A DNA stretch of 64,000 bases from Octopus bimaculoides (GCF_001194135.2 NC_068981.1:92559036-92623035); one strand, 5' to 3'. Counted from the first letter of the stretch, positions 26,827 to 40,910 are shown. Numbers and translations: made by a program. The notes: generated by a model not told the origin, from the sequence alone.

Positions 26827-29221
26827 GCAATTCAAACCTCTTCGTGATTATATCAATAAAACTGTATTTGATATGTGTGAACTGGCGAAATGACCGCTCA
26901 AACAATCGAAGAAGTGGGAACAAGACATTATTTCAAACACTATAAAGCGATCTACGAGTGTTAAATTCCTTAACGTAATTACTAGCAAACAATATAAATA
27001 ATATTTCAATATCATTGTAAACAACATCCAAATTATTGTGATGATCGTTGTGATATAACAATTTTTATTATGATTAGTGACATTTGATATATTGTAGTGC
27101 CCAATGTGATAAAATGGATTCGGTAAATATATAAGAAAATGCTTTCAAATAATGATATTGATCACACTCGTTGTTTCGTGATGACACGGTAGTACTGAGT
27201 GTATATTATGTGCTTGTAGGAAGGCAAATTGACGATTACGTTTTCGAATAACTTCCAGCTATGTTTTGCCATTAATCTATCGGACACATTGTGCAAACAA
27301 TCGGTAATGTAAGGTAAATATTTCTGCCAAGACTGCTATTGATTTAAAGGATGACATTTTGTCTTGTGATGTCAAAATTCCGAAATCGATAAAAAGAAAG
27401 ATAATATGCTAGCATAAATAATTATGTAATAAAATATACAGAAAAAAGGAGAAATTTGTTCGTACTGGTATGCATGATTACTGAGGTGTCCACAGTTACA
27501 TATATAAATAAACCACTACACCTTTAGAAAAATTAAGCCATCTAGTGAGCTAAAAAAAAATTCGGATATGAGCAAGGTTTTGAATATATAGAACATATAT
27601 CACGTAGCTACATTTAATGTTAAGATGGCATCGATATTCCAAGTAAAAATCATTCCATGTTCTGAACTAGTGTTAATCATACATTCTCATTTACTAAAGT
27701 GATAGCATCAGCCTGTACTGGTGTTATATAGCAATTCTTGTCTGACTGTGTCACATCTATATATTTTGAACAGGAAGTTCAGTTGTGTTTCTTTGTTCAT
27801 TGTCAGCAACTTCTCGGACGAAAACAAATTTTGTTGTTCTTCCATCGAAATACAGCAATATCTATATAAAAAAATACCTGCAACGTGGCCTATTACTGCA
27901 ATTACGCACCTATTTGATATTATCCCATGCACTTTATATTAAGAAAAATTAATGAACCATATATTTTACGAAAAGATCATCAAATAGGTATCAGTCTAGT
28001 GTATCATATTACGAAAAGATTTTCAAACGGATGTCAGTTTAGGATCTGCAAAATATATTATGTTCGGTCATTCTTATCGCACTTATTCCAGAAATGTGAT
28101 TCTAGATAGGAATCTGAGAAGCAAACTTCGATTATGCTTATATATTTACTACATATATTTAGATGACCAACTGAGCAATCATTTGTTCATTTGATTACTG
28201 AGTGATAAGGAGACGAGAAAGAGTCTATAAACCAGTGCAGAGCGAACATCTTGTAAGACACATAATTTTTCGGTTCTTTCGTTAATGATAACATCCTTCA
28301 TTGGCATATATCGGAGAAATATTTTACGCACAGATGTAGAGACGCACATAGCACACTTCCAAACGCACGTACAGAATATACAGTTGCGTCAGTGTGTGTG
28401 TACTAACATATGTATATATATATATTTATATATATATANNNNNNNNNNNNNNNNNNNNNNNNNNNNNNNNNNNNNNNNNNNNNNNNNNNNNNNNNNNNNN
28501 NNNNNNNNNNNNNNNNNNNNNNNNNNNNNNNNNNNNNNNNNNNNNNNNNNNNNNNNNNNNNNNNNNNNNNNNNNNNNNNNNNNNNNNNNNNNNNNNNNNN
28601 NNNNNNNNNNNNNNNNNNNNNNNNNNNNNNNNNNNNNNNNNNNNNNNNNNNNNNNNNNNNNNNNNNNNNNNNNNNNNNNNNNNNNNNNNNNNNNNNNNNN
28701 NNNNNNNNNNNNNNNNNNNNNNNNNNNNNNNNNNNNNNNNNNNNNNNNNNNNNNNNNNNNNNNNNNNNNNNNNNNNNNNNNNNNNNNNNNNNNNNNNNNN
28801 NNNNNNNNNNNNNNNNNNNNNNNNNNNNNNNNNNNNNNNNNNNNNNNNNNNNNNNNNNNNNNNNNNNNNNNNNNNNNNNNNNNNNNNNNNNNNNNNNNNN
28901 NNNNNNNNNNNNNNNNNNNNNNNNNNNNNNNNNNNNNNNNNNNNNNNNNNNNNNNNNNNNNNNNNNNNNNNNNNNNNNNNNNNNNNNNNNNNNNNNNNNN
29001 NNNNNNNNNNNNNNNNNNNNNNNNNNNNNNNNNNNNNNNNNNNNNNNNNNNNNNNNNNNNNNNNNNNNNNNNNNNNNNNNNNNNNNNNNNNNNNNNNNNN
29101 NNNNNNNNNNNNNNNNNNNNNNNNNNNNNNNNNNNNNNNNNNNNNNNNNNNNNNNNNNNNNNNNNNNNNNNNNNNNNNNNNNNNNNNNNNNNNNNNNNNN
29201 NNNNNNNNNNNNNNNNNNNNN

Positions 29222-29260
<39 letters not shown>

Positions 29261-30041
29261 CACGTACATATCTATATATATATATAGAGAGAGAGAGAGT
29301 GAGAGACAAAGAGAGAGAGAAAGTGATGTCACTTCAATCTTCATGGTTTCATCCGACATCACCTCTCAATTATTGAATTCCTTTTGGTGAAAATATTACT
29401 TATAACCATCTTTCACTGTCGTGCATTAACTCATCTCTCGACCGTAAAACTGGTGTATCTACAGTTATGTGTCTCGAAAGGAGGTCGCGTTGCACTTACC
29501 AAACAGTCATTCTATTGTAAACATTCTCTACTTCGTGGATTGGGAATATCGTGGAAAAGAATATAGAGACATACGTCGATTTTGAGCATCGACGAACATT
29601 TCACATTGCTGTCGACTGTTATGAGGTAGTTTCTTATCCTAGTCAAGCTCTTTGGTAGATCTCAATCTGTGGATAAGCGAAGAAACTTAATTTGAACTTT
29701 CGATTTGGAATGTTTTCAGGTGCCGATACATGACTACAAGTTGTTTGATGCTGTCAGTGAAGCTTCAACATCCATAGTTTATTGAGGATTTTTCGGTGAG
29801 AAAGAGCAACAATATGCATGGATGAAATCTGGGCGTTGATGTAAATTTTCTGGTTAGTTTGCTCCGAATATATTTTTCCGGGACCTAAAAATAATTTACT
29901 GAGGTCCCAAGCCTGACACCGTTACTGTTATATGTCCACTCTATTGGATTACTTGGTTTTAGAATGTTACATTTGGTCTTTAGTTATGTTACATGTTATA
30001 AGTTATAAATTTAAACACCACCAATTGTGTCGTTTTGTTGG

Positions 30042-30072
<31 letters not shown>

Positions 30073-31019
30073 TTCGCTTCCTCTGGTTTATTGCCTTGTG
30101 TCTATGTAAGAAATGATTTCTGCTCTATTCTGAGAGAGTTGAACGTCTTTCTTCTAGATCTCCAATATCGATGATTTTAACAGGCTAATAGACTTGCCTC
30201 GCAAGAAAACTACATTTTCTATTATGGACGTTGCAAATTTAACGCTTAGAACGTAATTGTTAAACTGATTTTTCCATTTGTTTTGCTCATTTGGGGAAAA
30301 ATATAGTATTTAAATTTAAGAATAAAATGTCTTGTTTCCTAATTATTATAATCAATAAATATGCAAGCCTCCACCATACCCGTAACTATCAAACGAAAAC
30401 AAAATCTTTTATCAGGTAGTAGACAGAAACAAATAATTTGATTTAATTCAATTATAGAAAAAGTTTATGATGAAAATGTATTTAGTTTCCTTGAAGTAAA
30501 CAATTACCCTGAATTTGAAAACATTTAAATACTCGAAAAAGCTTGTGAAAATACTGGTAATAAACCGCACGCGCGCCCCACGATGTTAAAACAATAAAAA
30601 AGAGGGTAACCATTTCCAACCCTCCTTCTTTATGTGATGTTACCTGAACGATACAGGCTCTAGATATGAATTACTTAACGTGGAATTAATCTATATGGAG
30701 GACCATAAAACAGGGAAAGATTCATGCCGATGTGTTCTCGTCTTGGGGTGTGAGTAAAAAGAAAGTAATTTATCTGAGCCTTTAGAAAGAAAAAAAACGT
30801 GTTTCTTCATGTCTTTGTAAGTGTAACAGCATGGTTAACATATCATACATAAGTTGATAAATATAATTTCAAATATATATAATATATAAAATGGAAGATT
30901 TACGATAAAGAGGTCGAATTCATGCATTCCAAAGTTGTCCAGCTAATCATCAATTTTTGTAATAAATTAATAATACTGGCAAATAAATGAATCAGCTATA
31001 TGTATTAATATATTTTTGT

Positions 31020-31240
31020 ATAGGTGGAGAACTGGTAGAATCGTTAGCACTCCGGACGAAATGCCTTGTGGCATTTGTTCCGGCTTTACCTACTGAATTG
31101 ACATTCCACCGAGGTAGCCTTTGCCTCTAATTCTTTCGGACTCGATAAAATAATTGCCAGTGGACCACTGTGGTCCACGCAATCGACTTCTTTGCTTTCT
31201 CTCACAATGTCAGGCCTTGTGCCTACAGTAAAAGGAGTAT
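31020..31240 (+). mobile_element. SINE family A
   Basis: GGTGGAGAACTGGTAGAATCGTTAGCACTCCGGACGAAATGC..TTTCGGACTCGATAAAATAA..CAATCGACT..CCTTGTGCCTACAGTAAAAGG. Confidence 0.8.
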
Positions 31241-31449
31241 CATTTCAGTCGTAAATACTTGTAATGATAGCTATCACCTCACAATCAAACAATTCTCTGT
31301 TCCTGCTTTTTCTTTCTGATTTATATTCGAAGAATGTGATTAAGTTGTTTTTTGTTCTTTTTACATTTACTGCTCCACACATATTTTTTATGTTGTGGTA
31401 CAAGATTCTATTTATGAATTATCTTTATAGTGACGCTGATTATGTTTAC

Positions 31450-31619
31450 GGTGATTGTTTGTCCTTTCAGTCCACGCGTTCTGGTTATCTCAGTTTCGAT
31501 ATCTTTATGTAAGAGTAAGTTCTCTATTCCTGTTAATATCATGTCAGGAGCACCATTTTCCCCGATGATTATTTGGCCAGAACGTCTGTCTGAAGTCTCT
31601 TTTGAGGTTAAACATACTC
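31450..31619 (-). CDS. Candidate internal coding exon (x)VCLTSKETSDRRSGQIIIGENGAPDMILTGIENLLLHKDIETEITRTRGLKGQTIT
   Basis: Acceptor ATAAATTCTCTCAG| and donor ACC|GTAAAC, 170 nt, phase 1 to phase 0. Open frame rich in E/D/G/T, unlike chance AT-rich ORFs. No family recognised. Confidence 0.42.
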
Positions 31620-32592
31620 CTGAGAGAATTTATCGGAAACGTTTTTGAAAAAAACGGTTCTAAGAGTGATATCATATTGTTATATTTCAACTCGTTTTTC
31701 TTATAGTCATTTACCCCGAGTCACTTTGATGTTTTAACTGCTGCCGAAGTTATCTTTCTCTTTCGTTCTTCTATTTTAAATAAACTTCACTGCAAAATTA
31801 GGGTAATTGATTGTTGAAATGTTTAGAACGTCAAAAGAAATACTTTGCTTTATCAGTTCCGTTCAATTGTATTCTCAATTCAAATTCCACCGTGGATTCC
31901 TTGGTTGTCAAACTTCCGCTGTAGTCTAGTTTAAGATCTCCATCAAGCTTTGTCGTTCTTTCACGGTGTCTACATTCTGTAACAAACATTCCAGCCTATT
32001 ATCAGATTTGATGGCATCTTCATCTCATTAATGTTTGGAATCACTAAAATTACTTATTCGTACTGCTCCTCCGTCTGGTATGAGAATTAAAAATCAAGCA
32101 CTAGTTAGTATTCATATAATAGACTAAAAAAACTGACGTTTGGCACGGCAGCATGATTCAATGTCATTTTATTCGTTGTAATGCAAGATTTATGCCCTCA
32201 CCATTGTATGATATAATACTGTCCATATTATGTGGTGAACTTAGTGTCAACTACTTCTAATACCTAATAAATATTAGATTACTCATTTACATTGATAGTA
32301 AAGGTTATGCATTTATTCATAATCTTTCTTGTTAGAGATACGGTACCTTGCAACCCTATCAAAAATAAAACCTGACGAATACCGGTTCGGAAATTATTTA
32401 ATATCTATATGAGCAGATATCAATTAACATCAGATTGTAGAAAAATGCGTTTTGTAAATAGAACTGGTGCAACTCGTGAGCTGAATGCAAATAATTGCAT
32501 ATATTAAATGTAAGAATCGATTACCTATTCAGAAAATTTACAAACGCCCACACAAGAGCATAGAAAAGTGTCCCTACAAACACAACACAAAT

Positions 32593-32710
<118 letters not shown>

Positions 32711-32819
32711 ACGTAGAAGATTTTCCATTTTTCCTAAGCGGTAATCTAATAATACACTTACTTGTTCCTACACCTGTCTTCTTTTGTTGCTTTTACTTTT
32801 GTAAATTTGAAGTATATAT

Positions 32820-32990
32820 ATATATAATACAAGATGGAACGAGGACGCAAAACATCCAGACAGTTAGGTGATACAAGAAAGCGACAAAACATAGAGATAG
32901 ATGATACAAAGAAAACACGGCAGGTCATTCGGAGTTTTCTCTCTTCAGTCGAGATCCAGATTATCCTTGCAATTTCGGCTGGTTATTGAC
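32820..32990 (-). mobile_element. Possible Penelope-like terminal remnant
   Basis: Minus strand ATAACCAGCCGAAATTGCAAGGATAATCTGGATCTCGACTGAAGAGAGAAAACTCCGAATG followed by a T/C-rich tract. The family assignment rests on recalled resemblance only. Confidence 0.3.
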
Positions 32991-33014
32991 ACACTTTCAC
33001 TAAAATATCGTGCG

Positions 33015-33100
33015 TGTGTGGTACTAATTTTGCTTCCCACCACATGATTCCCGGTTCTGTCTCCCTGTGTGGAGCCTGAAGAAGTGCCTTTCTCGTCGCT
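33015..33100 (+). mobile_element. SINE family B tRNA-like head fragment
   Basis: GTGGTACTAATTTTGCTTCCCACCACATGATTCCCGGTTCTGTCTCCCTGTGTGG matches the rc heads at 2850-2935 and 15200-15290. Confidence 0.6.
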
Positions 33101-33109
33101 TTCATGTAT

Positions 33110-35520
33110 TTCGCATTCACCGACGTACGATCGTTGAGTACCCGATAAGCTGCCGTAACGGCTGCCGCAGTCCGGTTAAATCATGGAAAGTGTAGCCGAA
33201 TACTCTGAAACTTTCAGTGAGCTACGGCTTGTCAACCTTTCCATGTGAAGACCGGACCCGGCAGACTCTTTGGATGAGACCAATTGATTGGTTCAGAGGT
33301 GATCAAGCAGCATTATGGAGCTCGAAAAGGGCACAGTGGGAAACAAATGACACTGTGGCCACACACTGCATCTCAATATATCCTTATTCCTCTTGACTTC
33401 TTCCTGCAGCTGGAATCAGGTGAGAAGGGATGAGAGGAGGAGCCAGATGACGTTGCGTAACCCTCCCTCACTTTAACTAAGACACGTTCAAATCAAGATA
33501 ACATACCATTCCAGAACCGCGCTCAGTTCCTGTGACGATTGGCTGAATAACAAACAGCAGACACCCCAGGGTATAGTGTCGCTCGCCACTGGACCAAAAC
33601 AGCAGTGGAGCAAGGTGACCCTCTGAATGTTTGAGCAGCCTCTGAAGGATCGCTTGATCACATCCATTGTCTGAAGTAGGAGCTACAAAAGGCTTTCTGA
33701 ACATAGGCTGCTTCACCTCACTCCCGCGTACGTGCCACTGTAGATGGGGTCCCAAACATACGGTCGAAACACCAAGTCCAATACATTGGTTACATTGCTC
33801 TTCATTGATATATGGAATCTGCAAATGCTGATAGACAAATCCAAAGCAATCAGACTTGAAAGACAAACAGCACTTATTGCAAGAGGACTCGGCAGGAACA
33901 TCATCCATATTGGAGTTGTGAGTGAGACCTGGCTTGCAGACAAAGATCAGCTGAGTTGAAATCTGGTTAGACCTTCTTCGGGAGTGGCCGCAGCAGCAAC
34001 ATATGTCTTGAAGCAGGATGGGTTTTATTATCAGATCTAGATTGATCTGCCAGCTAACCAGTAGTCCCCCAAAAAATGAATGGCTGATTGTTGTATCTGT
34101 GGCTCCCCAGAAGAAGAATGTGCCATATCACCAAAGTCAGTGCTTACACCCCCGCAATGACTAGCCCTGCGGAAGTCAAACTAGTTTTAGAAACATTTGG
34201 AAGCCCTCGTAGCAGCTGTACCTAAAGACGACAAGCTCGTCGATCTCAGCGACTTCAACGTCAGAGTTGGTTCAGATTAATAGGCATAGATGGGAGCCAC
34301 TGGGATGGAATTGGCAAGAACAACGGCAATGATTATCTACCGCTGAAGATCTCTTCAGCGAATGACCTGCTGATAACCAATAAAGGTTTTCGCCTGCCCA
34401 ACCGCAAAATGATGCCCTGGATGTGTCCACGCATCAAACGTTGACAGCTGAGAACGTCGTAATGAGGAGACAAGGCATGTTGGACGTCAGGATGACAAAG
34501 GCCACATGTGATGTAGAATGCCAGTCAGATCACAGACCCATCCTCGCAAAACTCGACATGCACATCATTAGAGTCCGGCTAATAAGAGATCAATCATCAG
34601 GAAATTGGAACGGCAAACTGTGAAACAACTTGCTGTTTGGCGGGGACTTGAACAACAAGTTGAACGAATTCGATGTTGGTATAAAGGGAAAGGAAGGGGA
34701 CTGGATAGTGTTCGGTGACGTGGTGTACAACGCTGTACTTACCCGTCTGGGTCAGAACACGTATAGATATCAAGAATGATTCGACGAAAACGAGGAGGAA
34801 ATACAGAACCTGATCGAGGAGAGTCATGAAGTCATCAAAATCTCTCAGCAAGACTCCAAGAAAGCAGTCTATGATGCCAACAAAGGCAAAGTGCAGGTGA
34901 AGCTTTGAGAGTTGAAGGATACCTGGATCAGCAACAATGCGTAAAAGATATGAAAGTAGAGCAAGAACAACAAATTCAAACACTTCCATGGTTACCGTCC
35001 TCCAGAACATCACTATTGCTCCGTGCTGACGGGACCAACCTCCTCACTGATAAAAACGCAATCATGGAAAGGTGGGCAGAGAAATTCGACAGCATCGTAC
35101 ACAGGTCGTCTATCAACGCTGAAGTTCTTGCTCGCATGCCCCACTTTGAAATCTACACTTCTCTGATAGAGCCTCCAACGAAATAAATTAAGGTTCTCTC
35201 GGATGGCAAGGAAGAAAGCTCTAACACCAATCTCTTTCAGAGCTCAAGGTTGTTTCTATTGTCCATTTGCTCAAGAGTAAGAGAAACAGGTATTCAGCAC
35301 ATAGAAGACGGGCATCTACCAGATTGGGCTAAGAGACATTTCACATGACCCTTGCCCCATGCAAACATCAGGAGAAGTGCCAAGAACAGGAACAGGACAG
35401 GAACCCATACATGAGGTTTGTAGACCTAACCAAGGCCTTTGACACTACTAGTAAGGAGGAACTTTGGGTAAATTTCGCATGGTGCAACAGTTTTCGGACG
35501 GTATGCACCTGTAGTACAGG
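33110..35520 (+). mobile_element. RTE/BovB-like LINE, long 5' UTR, decayed APE, linker and RT start
   Basis: IWNLQMLIDKS..RQTALIARGLGR..VVSETWLAD, DFNVRVG, CQSDHRPILAKL, LLRADGTNLLTDKNAIMERWAEKF, YMRFVDLTKAFD, with many stops and frameshifts. Confidence 0.9.
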
Positions 35521-37438
35521 ACAGTTGTAAATTATATGATTCACTATATCATGCCAATACATACAGCCACATAGGGTACACGAAGTTGAGTATCGTTCCT
35601 GAATGACAGTAAATAATGTCAAAATTAAGTGAAACTTTATTCAAAGAGAAATCTACTTATTTCAATGCCAAAAATATATCAAGCAAAAGCACATCCCGCA
35701 ATCACCGATGTTTTCAAAATAGATGAAAGCAGAAACATATCTGAATTCCAAACTTTACACATATGCATAACAGCGAAAATAGTACTGCTAGACAGTGCTC
35801 ACGTATTATGCATGCAGATTCCATACTATTAAAATACACTTTACAGAAGACAAAACATGACACGTACTGGAGATATACAAATCAATTGTTTGTTAGGTGA
35901 AAGAATTTTAACATAATATTCATAATAAAAAGTAAAAATAGGCTGCAGTGATAAATACCAAACACACGTACTGTAACGACATATAAACAAAGTGGAGAAA
36001 AGCAATAAAATCAACGTTTCACAAATATTCAACCATAATTGATTATGAAAAACAGCGAAAAAAAAAAAGGAATATTTCCTGTTTGCTGTTATTGAGGGTA
36101 ACTACTGTAATCACTTATGGTTAAAATAGTATACACAGACTAACTCTTGGTGTTATCTACATAGACCAAATTGCATTATTAAATTGCATTAAATAAAAAT
36201 CATTAAATGGGAAATATTTCTAAATGGCCTACAGATATTCATCTATATGAAAATATGGAAAAGCTTTTATAAAGGTCTGAGAAATTATTACTACAAATGC
36301 GTCTGATTTACATAAAATTTAAACTCATTTCCAGATAATTTATAAGTTTCAATACGCAAGTGATAACAATGACATATACTTTCTATGTAATATGATACAG
36401 TCAATAAAAGATACCGATGTACTAAATGAATGATATATAATTATAATAATTCATCGTTAATTAGAACGAATGGTATTATTCCTAAATAATGTCATCTAGC
36501 AGCTAAAACTTATATTTCCCATTAATAGAATCAGTCCAGGTTCTATTGACGCAAATGACATTGTAAGTATAAACACACGATAACATCTTATTTTGCACCA
36601 AACGGTAATATAAACAGTATAAAAACATTAATATATATTAAATAAATATGATAACAACAATGATACCGAATCTAAACGAGTGTTTCCACCTTTCAATGTT
36701 TGAATATTAGGTTAAAAATCTAACGTTATAAAATGGATTAAATCTCTTTTCTAAAATCATGTGTGGTCTGTTATTAATATTAATATCTTTATATTGTGAA
36801 ACAAGAAAACAGTAAATATAGGAAAATATACATCCACGAAGAAGAATGGATGTATTCGTAATAATTGAAAACAAACGAATTAGAAGATATGAAACGTGAA
36901 ACAAGTAATTTTATTAATCAGTTATTGCACTAATCGCATTTAATATAGTTTATAAGAATCTTAAATAATACATCCTCGTTCTTCATTTATATTTCATTTT
37001 ATGGTGAGTGGGAAAATTAAAGCCAACGCAATTCTAAAATGAATGTTGAATTGGCGTTGTAAAGGGATGTAACTAGGCACCGTAGATATTTTGTACTACA
37101 TTCTACGAATTCTGGCAAATTAGTTATCATAATTATTCATGTATGCGTATATGACTGAGACTGAAAAGTCCAACTTAAATGAGAAAATATCTCTTCTGAA
37201 ACTTAAATATTTTGTGCAAAATACGTCGGATTCTCTCATCCTGGAGTATTATTAGTCAATAGGTAGGAACAAAGTCTCTATCTTATATCAATACTGCAAT
37301 AAAATAAAAGTCAACATGAATGTTATGAAGAAACCTGAATATATCTTGAAAGATATTCAATATCAATTATCACTATGATATCCCAAACAGTATTAATTTT
37401 GATCCATATATTTCACCTCCCCATATTTAGCTTTATTA

Positions 37439-38714
37439 TTAGGTCGTCATGTATGAAATTTGTAGTAAGGTATATGGTAAACTTTCACAGCTGCTCATTT
37501 TGCACCATTATATTTTCACAATCTTTATTTTTTTTAGGAAACTGATACATCTATTCCTTTATCCTAACTCATTTTGCGCTTAATAAAGTATTTATAAATC
37601 ATTTTGCCATTTTTGTTTATAGATGGATATTTCGGAAATTCGGACAGTTTTGAAATATGAGTTCTGTCTTGGAAATACAGCATCACAGACAGCTCGGAAT
37701 ATTAATGGAGTATTTCATTCGAATGTTATAACACAGCAGACAGTATCAAATTGGATTGCAAAATTTCGTTCTGGTAAATTTGACCTCAAAATAAGCAACG
37801 CAGTCGACTAGAAACAAAGGTGGATAATGACGAACTGAAAGCCACCATCGAGTCAGATCCATCTTAAAGTTCCTGTGAATTATTGTTTTTGTTTGGTGCT
37901 AGCAAGCAAACTATATTGACTCACCTAGTTCAAATTGGTAAAGTGAATAAGTAGGATAAGTAGGTTCCACATGAACTCAATGAAAATCAGATATAACAAC
38001 GTTTGGAAGCCTGCATTATGCTAACTTCTCGTCACAAAAGTGAAACCTTTTTGAATCGAATTGTAACATATGAGAAATGGATCCAATACAACACCCATAA
38101 ATGTTCAGCACAATGACTGGACAAAGACGAGCCACCAAAAAACACAGTCCAAAAAGCAAAATTCATCAAAAGTAGTTGATGGTGTGTGTTTGGTGGTCTG
38201 GCACTAGTGTAATACATTATGATTTCCTTAAACCTGGCTCATCAATCACGACCGAAGTATACTGCAGCCAGCTGGACCAAATTATGCAGAAACTTGCAAA
38301 TGAATGTCATACCTAGATTAGTCAACGAATCCACTTCTCTTGCAAGACAACGCCAGACCAAAAATCGCAAAAATGACATTGATGAAACTACAGGGGTTGG
38401 TGTTGGAAGTTCTCTATCATCCAACATACTCACCTAATCTTGACCCCACTGAGTACCACTTCTTCCAGAATTTGGATAAATGTTGATAGGAATAGATATT
38501 TAATTCCTACGATGCTGTAAAACAGGCCTTCCAAGATTTTATTGATTCTAGATTGCCAGGCTTTTACAGTTCCGAGCTGGACAAGCTACCGATGAAATGG
38601 CAAAAGGGTATTGATATGAGTGCAGACTTTGATGAATAAAACTGTTCCTTTTATTTATAAAACATTACCAAACTTTTTTTTACTTTTCTAAAAAGTTCAT
38701 ACTTGAAAACCTAA
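37439..38714 (+). mobile_element. Mariner transposon (Hsmar1/cecropia-like), full length but decayed
   Basis: TIRs TTAGGTCGTCATGTATGAAAT / AAGTTCATACTTGAAAACCTAA with flanking TA. ORF from 37623: MDISEIRTVLKYEF..TARNING..TVSNWIAKFRSGKFDL, (W)VPHEL, FLNRIVT.EKWI, HPTYSPNLDPTEYHFF, KLPMKWQK. Confidence 0.93.
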
Positions 38715-39661
38715 TATCTTGCTGAACATTTTCTTCCCGATAAATGAGATATGGTGTTCAATGATATTCTATCGCCCTGGACCCGGCATGACATTCATTT
38801 CTATAGTGAGGAACTGAAAACAAAAAAAAAGAACAGATTTAATGGCTTGGATAACATTAACTTATTCGTTCCCTTGCAGAGTATATAAATGACTACGATT
38901 TTCAAAACGTATCTCCGAACTGACTTCCAGAGAATTAATTTTGAGTTTTTTTTCGAAATAACTAGGTGACAGCGACAAGGCGTAAAGCACCTTTAATTTT
39001 CACGTAGATTTCATATAATCATTCTTTCTCAAATAGCTATTTTCCGAACTAAATATCCAACAGTTTAGTCTTTCTTTAACCAACAATCCAATATGTTAAA
39101 TTGTTCAAGTTTTGGACTATCGAATAATCGAATATTGTAATACACATGAGTTGGGAAGAACATATTTTTTGTCTCGAAACTAGTTGTACAAATGATATAA
39201 TGAGACATTTCAATAGCAAAAATAATTCATTCGTCATATTTCATATTATCATAAAATACATAGACGCGAATAATGACTGTGAAAAAGCATCTTTGTTATT
39301 GCAACTCGGCAACGTAATTATCGAAAATCTCGAAAACATAATTATTAGTTTATTTAAATATTACCTGAAAACAACTATTCTGTGCTATTCAATATAGAAT
39401 TTTCTTGAGAAAGAGTAGTCTAGTATTTAAAAACGATTCATGATCAGTTTTTTCTTTCATAAAATCAGCATCTAAAAATGCAAAATATGTAAAGAGTATA
39501 TAAATGACATTAATGCATATAATCAAGAAGAAAATGAGGTATGGAGTGTTGTTAATTCTCTTCCATATATGTTAATGTAACAGGAATAACGTATATGAGC
39601 ACACAGTAAATAAAAATATATAGTCAATGATAAATTATGCCAAGTATTCTATGATATCTTC

Positions 39662-39724
<63 letters not shown>

Positions 39725-39760
39725 CATCCACCCATCCATCTATCTATCTATCTATCTATA

Positions 39761-39810
<50 letters not shown>

Positions 39811-40744
39811 ACTGTATGTCTGTCTATCCCTCTATCACTCTGTCTATCAACCTATCCATCACTCTATCTATTTATCTATATATATCTAATATATTAATAT
39901 ATGTATGTATGTATATATATATATAAAGCAACCTATCTCTCTATTTACCAATTTATTTATGAAATGCTGATGAAAATGTATGTTTTCATCACAACGCTAA
40001 ATAGCAAGCTACTAATATAAGAGAACAGTTGAAAAAATATCAGATATGAATAACACAAACCTTTTTCACGCACGATTGCATCTATATGTTCACCAGTTCC
40101 GAACACATTAGTGAATATGTATATNNNNNNNNNNNNNNNNNNNNNNNNNNNNNNNNNNNNNNNNNNNNNNNNNNNNNNNNNNNNNNNNNNNNNNNNNNNN
40201 NNNNNNNNNNNNNNNNNNNNNNNNNNNNNNNNNNNNNNNNNNNNNNNNNNNNNNNNNNNNNNNNNNNNNNNNNNNNNNNNNNNNNNNNNNNNNNNNNNNN
40301 NNNNNNNNNNNNNNNNNNNNNNNNNNNNNNNNNNNNNNNNNNNNNNNNNNNNNNNNNNNNNNNNNNNNNNNNNNNNNNNNNNNNNNNNNNNNNNNNNNNN
40401 NNNNNNNNNNNNNNNNNNNNNNNNNNNNNNNNNNNNNNNNNNNNNNNNNNNNNNNNNNNNNNNNNNNNNNNNNNNNNNNNNNNNNNNNNNNNNNNNNNNN
40501 NNNNNNNNNNNNNNNNNNNNNNNNNNNNNNNNNNNNNNNNNNNNNNNNNNNNNNNNNNNNNNNNNNNNNNNNNNNNNNNNNNNNNNNNNNNNNNNNNNNN
40601 NNNNNNNNNNNNNNNNNNNNNNNNNNNNNNNNNNNNNNNNNNNNNNNNNNNNNNNNNNNNNNNNNNNNNNNNNNNNNNNNNNNNNNNNNNNNNNNNNNNN
40701 NNNNNNNNNNNNNNNNNNNNNNNNNNNNNNNNNNNNNNNNNNNN

Positions 40745-40790
<46 letters not shown>

Positions 40791-40910
40791 GCATTTATGT
40801 ATGTATATATTTATATATATATAATTACATGCATATATATATATATATATATGTATGTGTAGATATATATATATAATTGTACATATATGTATATAGATAG
40901 ATATATAGAT

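Noticed and set aside
27756-27861. Minus-strand exon candidate (ILLYFDGRTTKFVFVREVAD..*) also in phase with 31450
   Set aside because: Several frames on both strands look equally open here, so there is no way to prefer one; it remains an alternative to the 22920 exon.
29895-29920. TTACTGAGGTCCCAAGCC resembling the twister ribozyme core (GGUCCCAAGCCC)
   Set aside because: The P4 stem is only 2-3 bp, and the downstream purine/GGG strand needed for the pseudoknots is absent.
31471-31508. Plus-strand microexon (TGTCCTTTCAG| ... |GTAAGA) overlapping the minus-strand candidate
   Set aside because: All frames are open over only 38 nt, so it is uninformative. It also shows that splice-like signals arise by chance, and it lowers confidence in the 31450-31619 call.
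32925-32955. Minus-strand CTGAAGA-GAG-AAAA-CTC-CGAA hammerhead-like motif
   Set aside because: There is an extra base before GAA, no GAAA, and no complementary stem I or III strands.
33268-33300. GGATGAG-ACCAAT-TG-ATTGGT hammerhead-like stem II
   Set aside because: It lacks CUGA upstream and GAAA downstream; kept only as part of the structured-UTR finding.
38720-38815. Very strong minus-strand acceptor (TTTTTTTTTGTTTTCAG|)
   Set aside because: All three frames stop within 20 codons and no donor precedes the mariner TIR.
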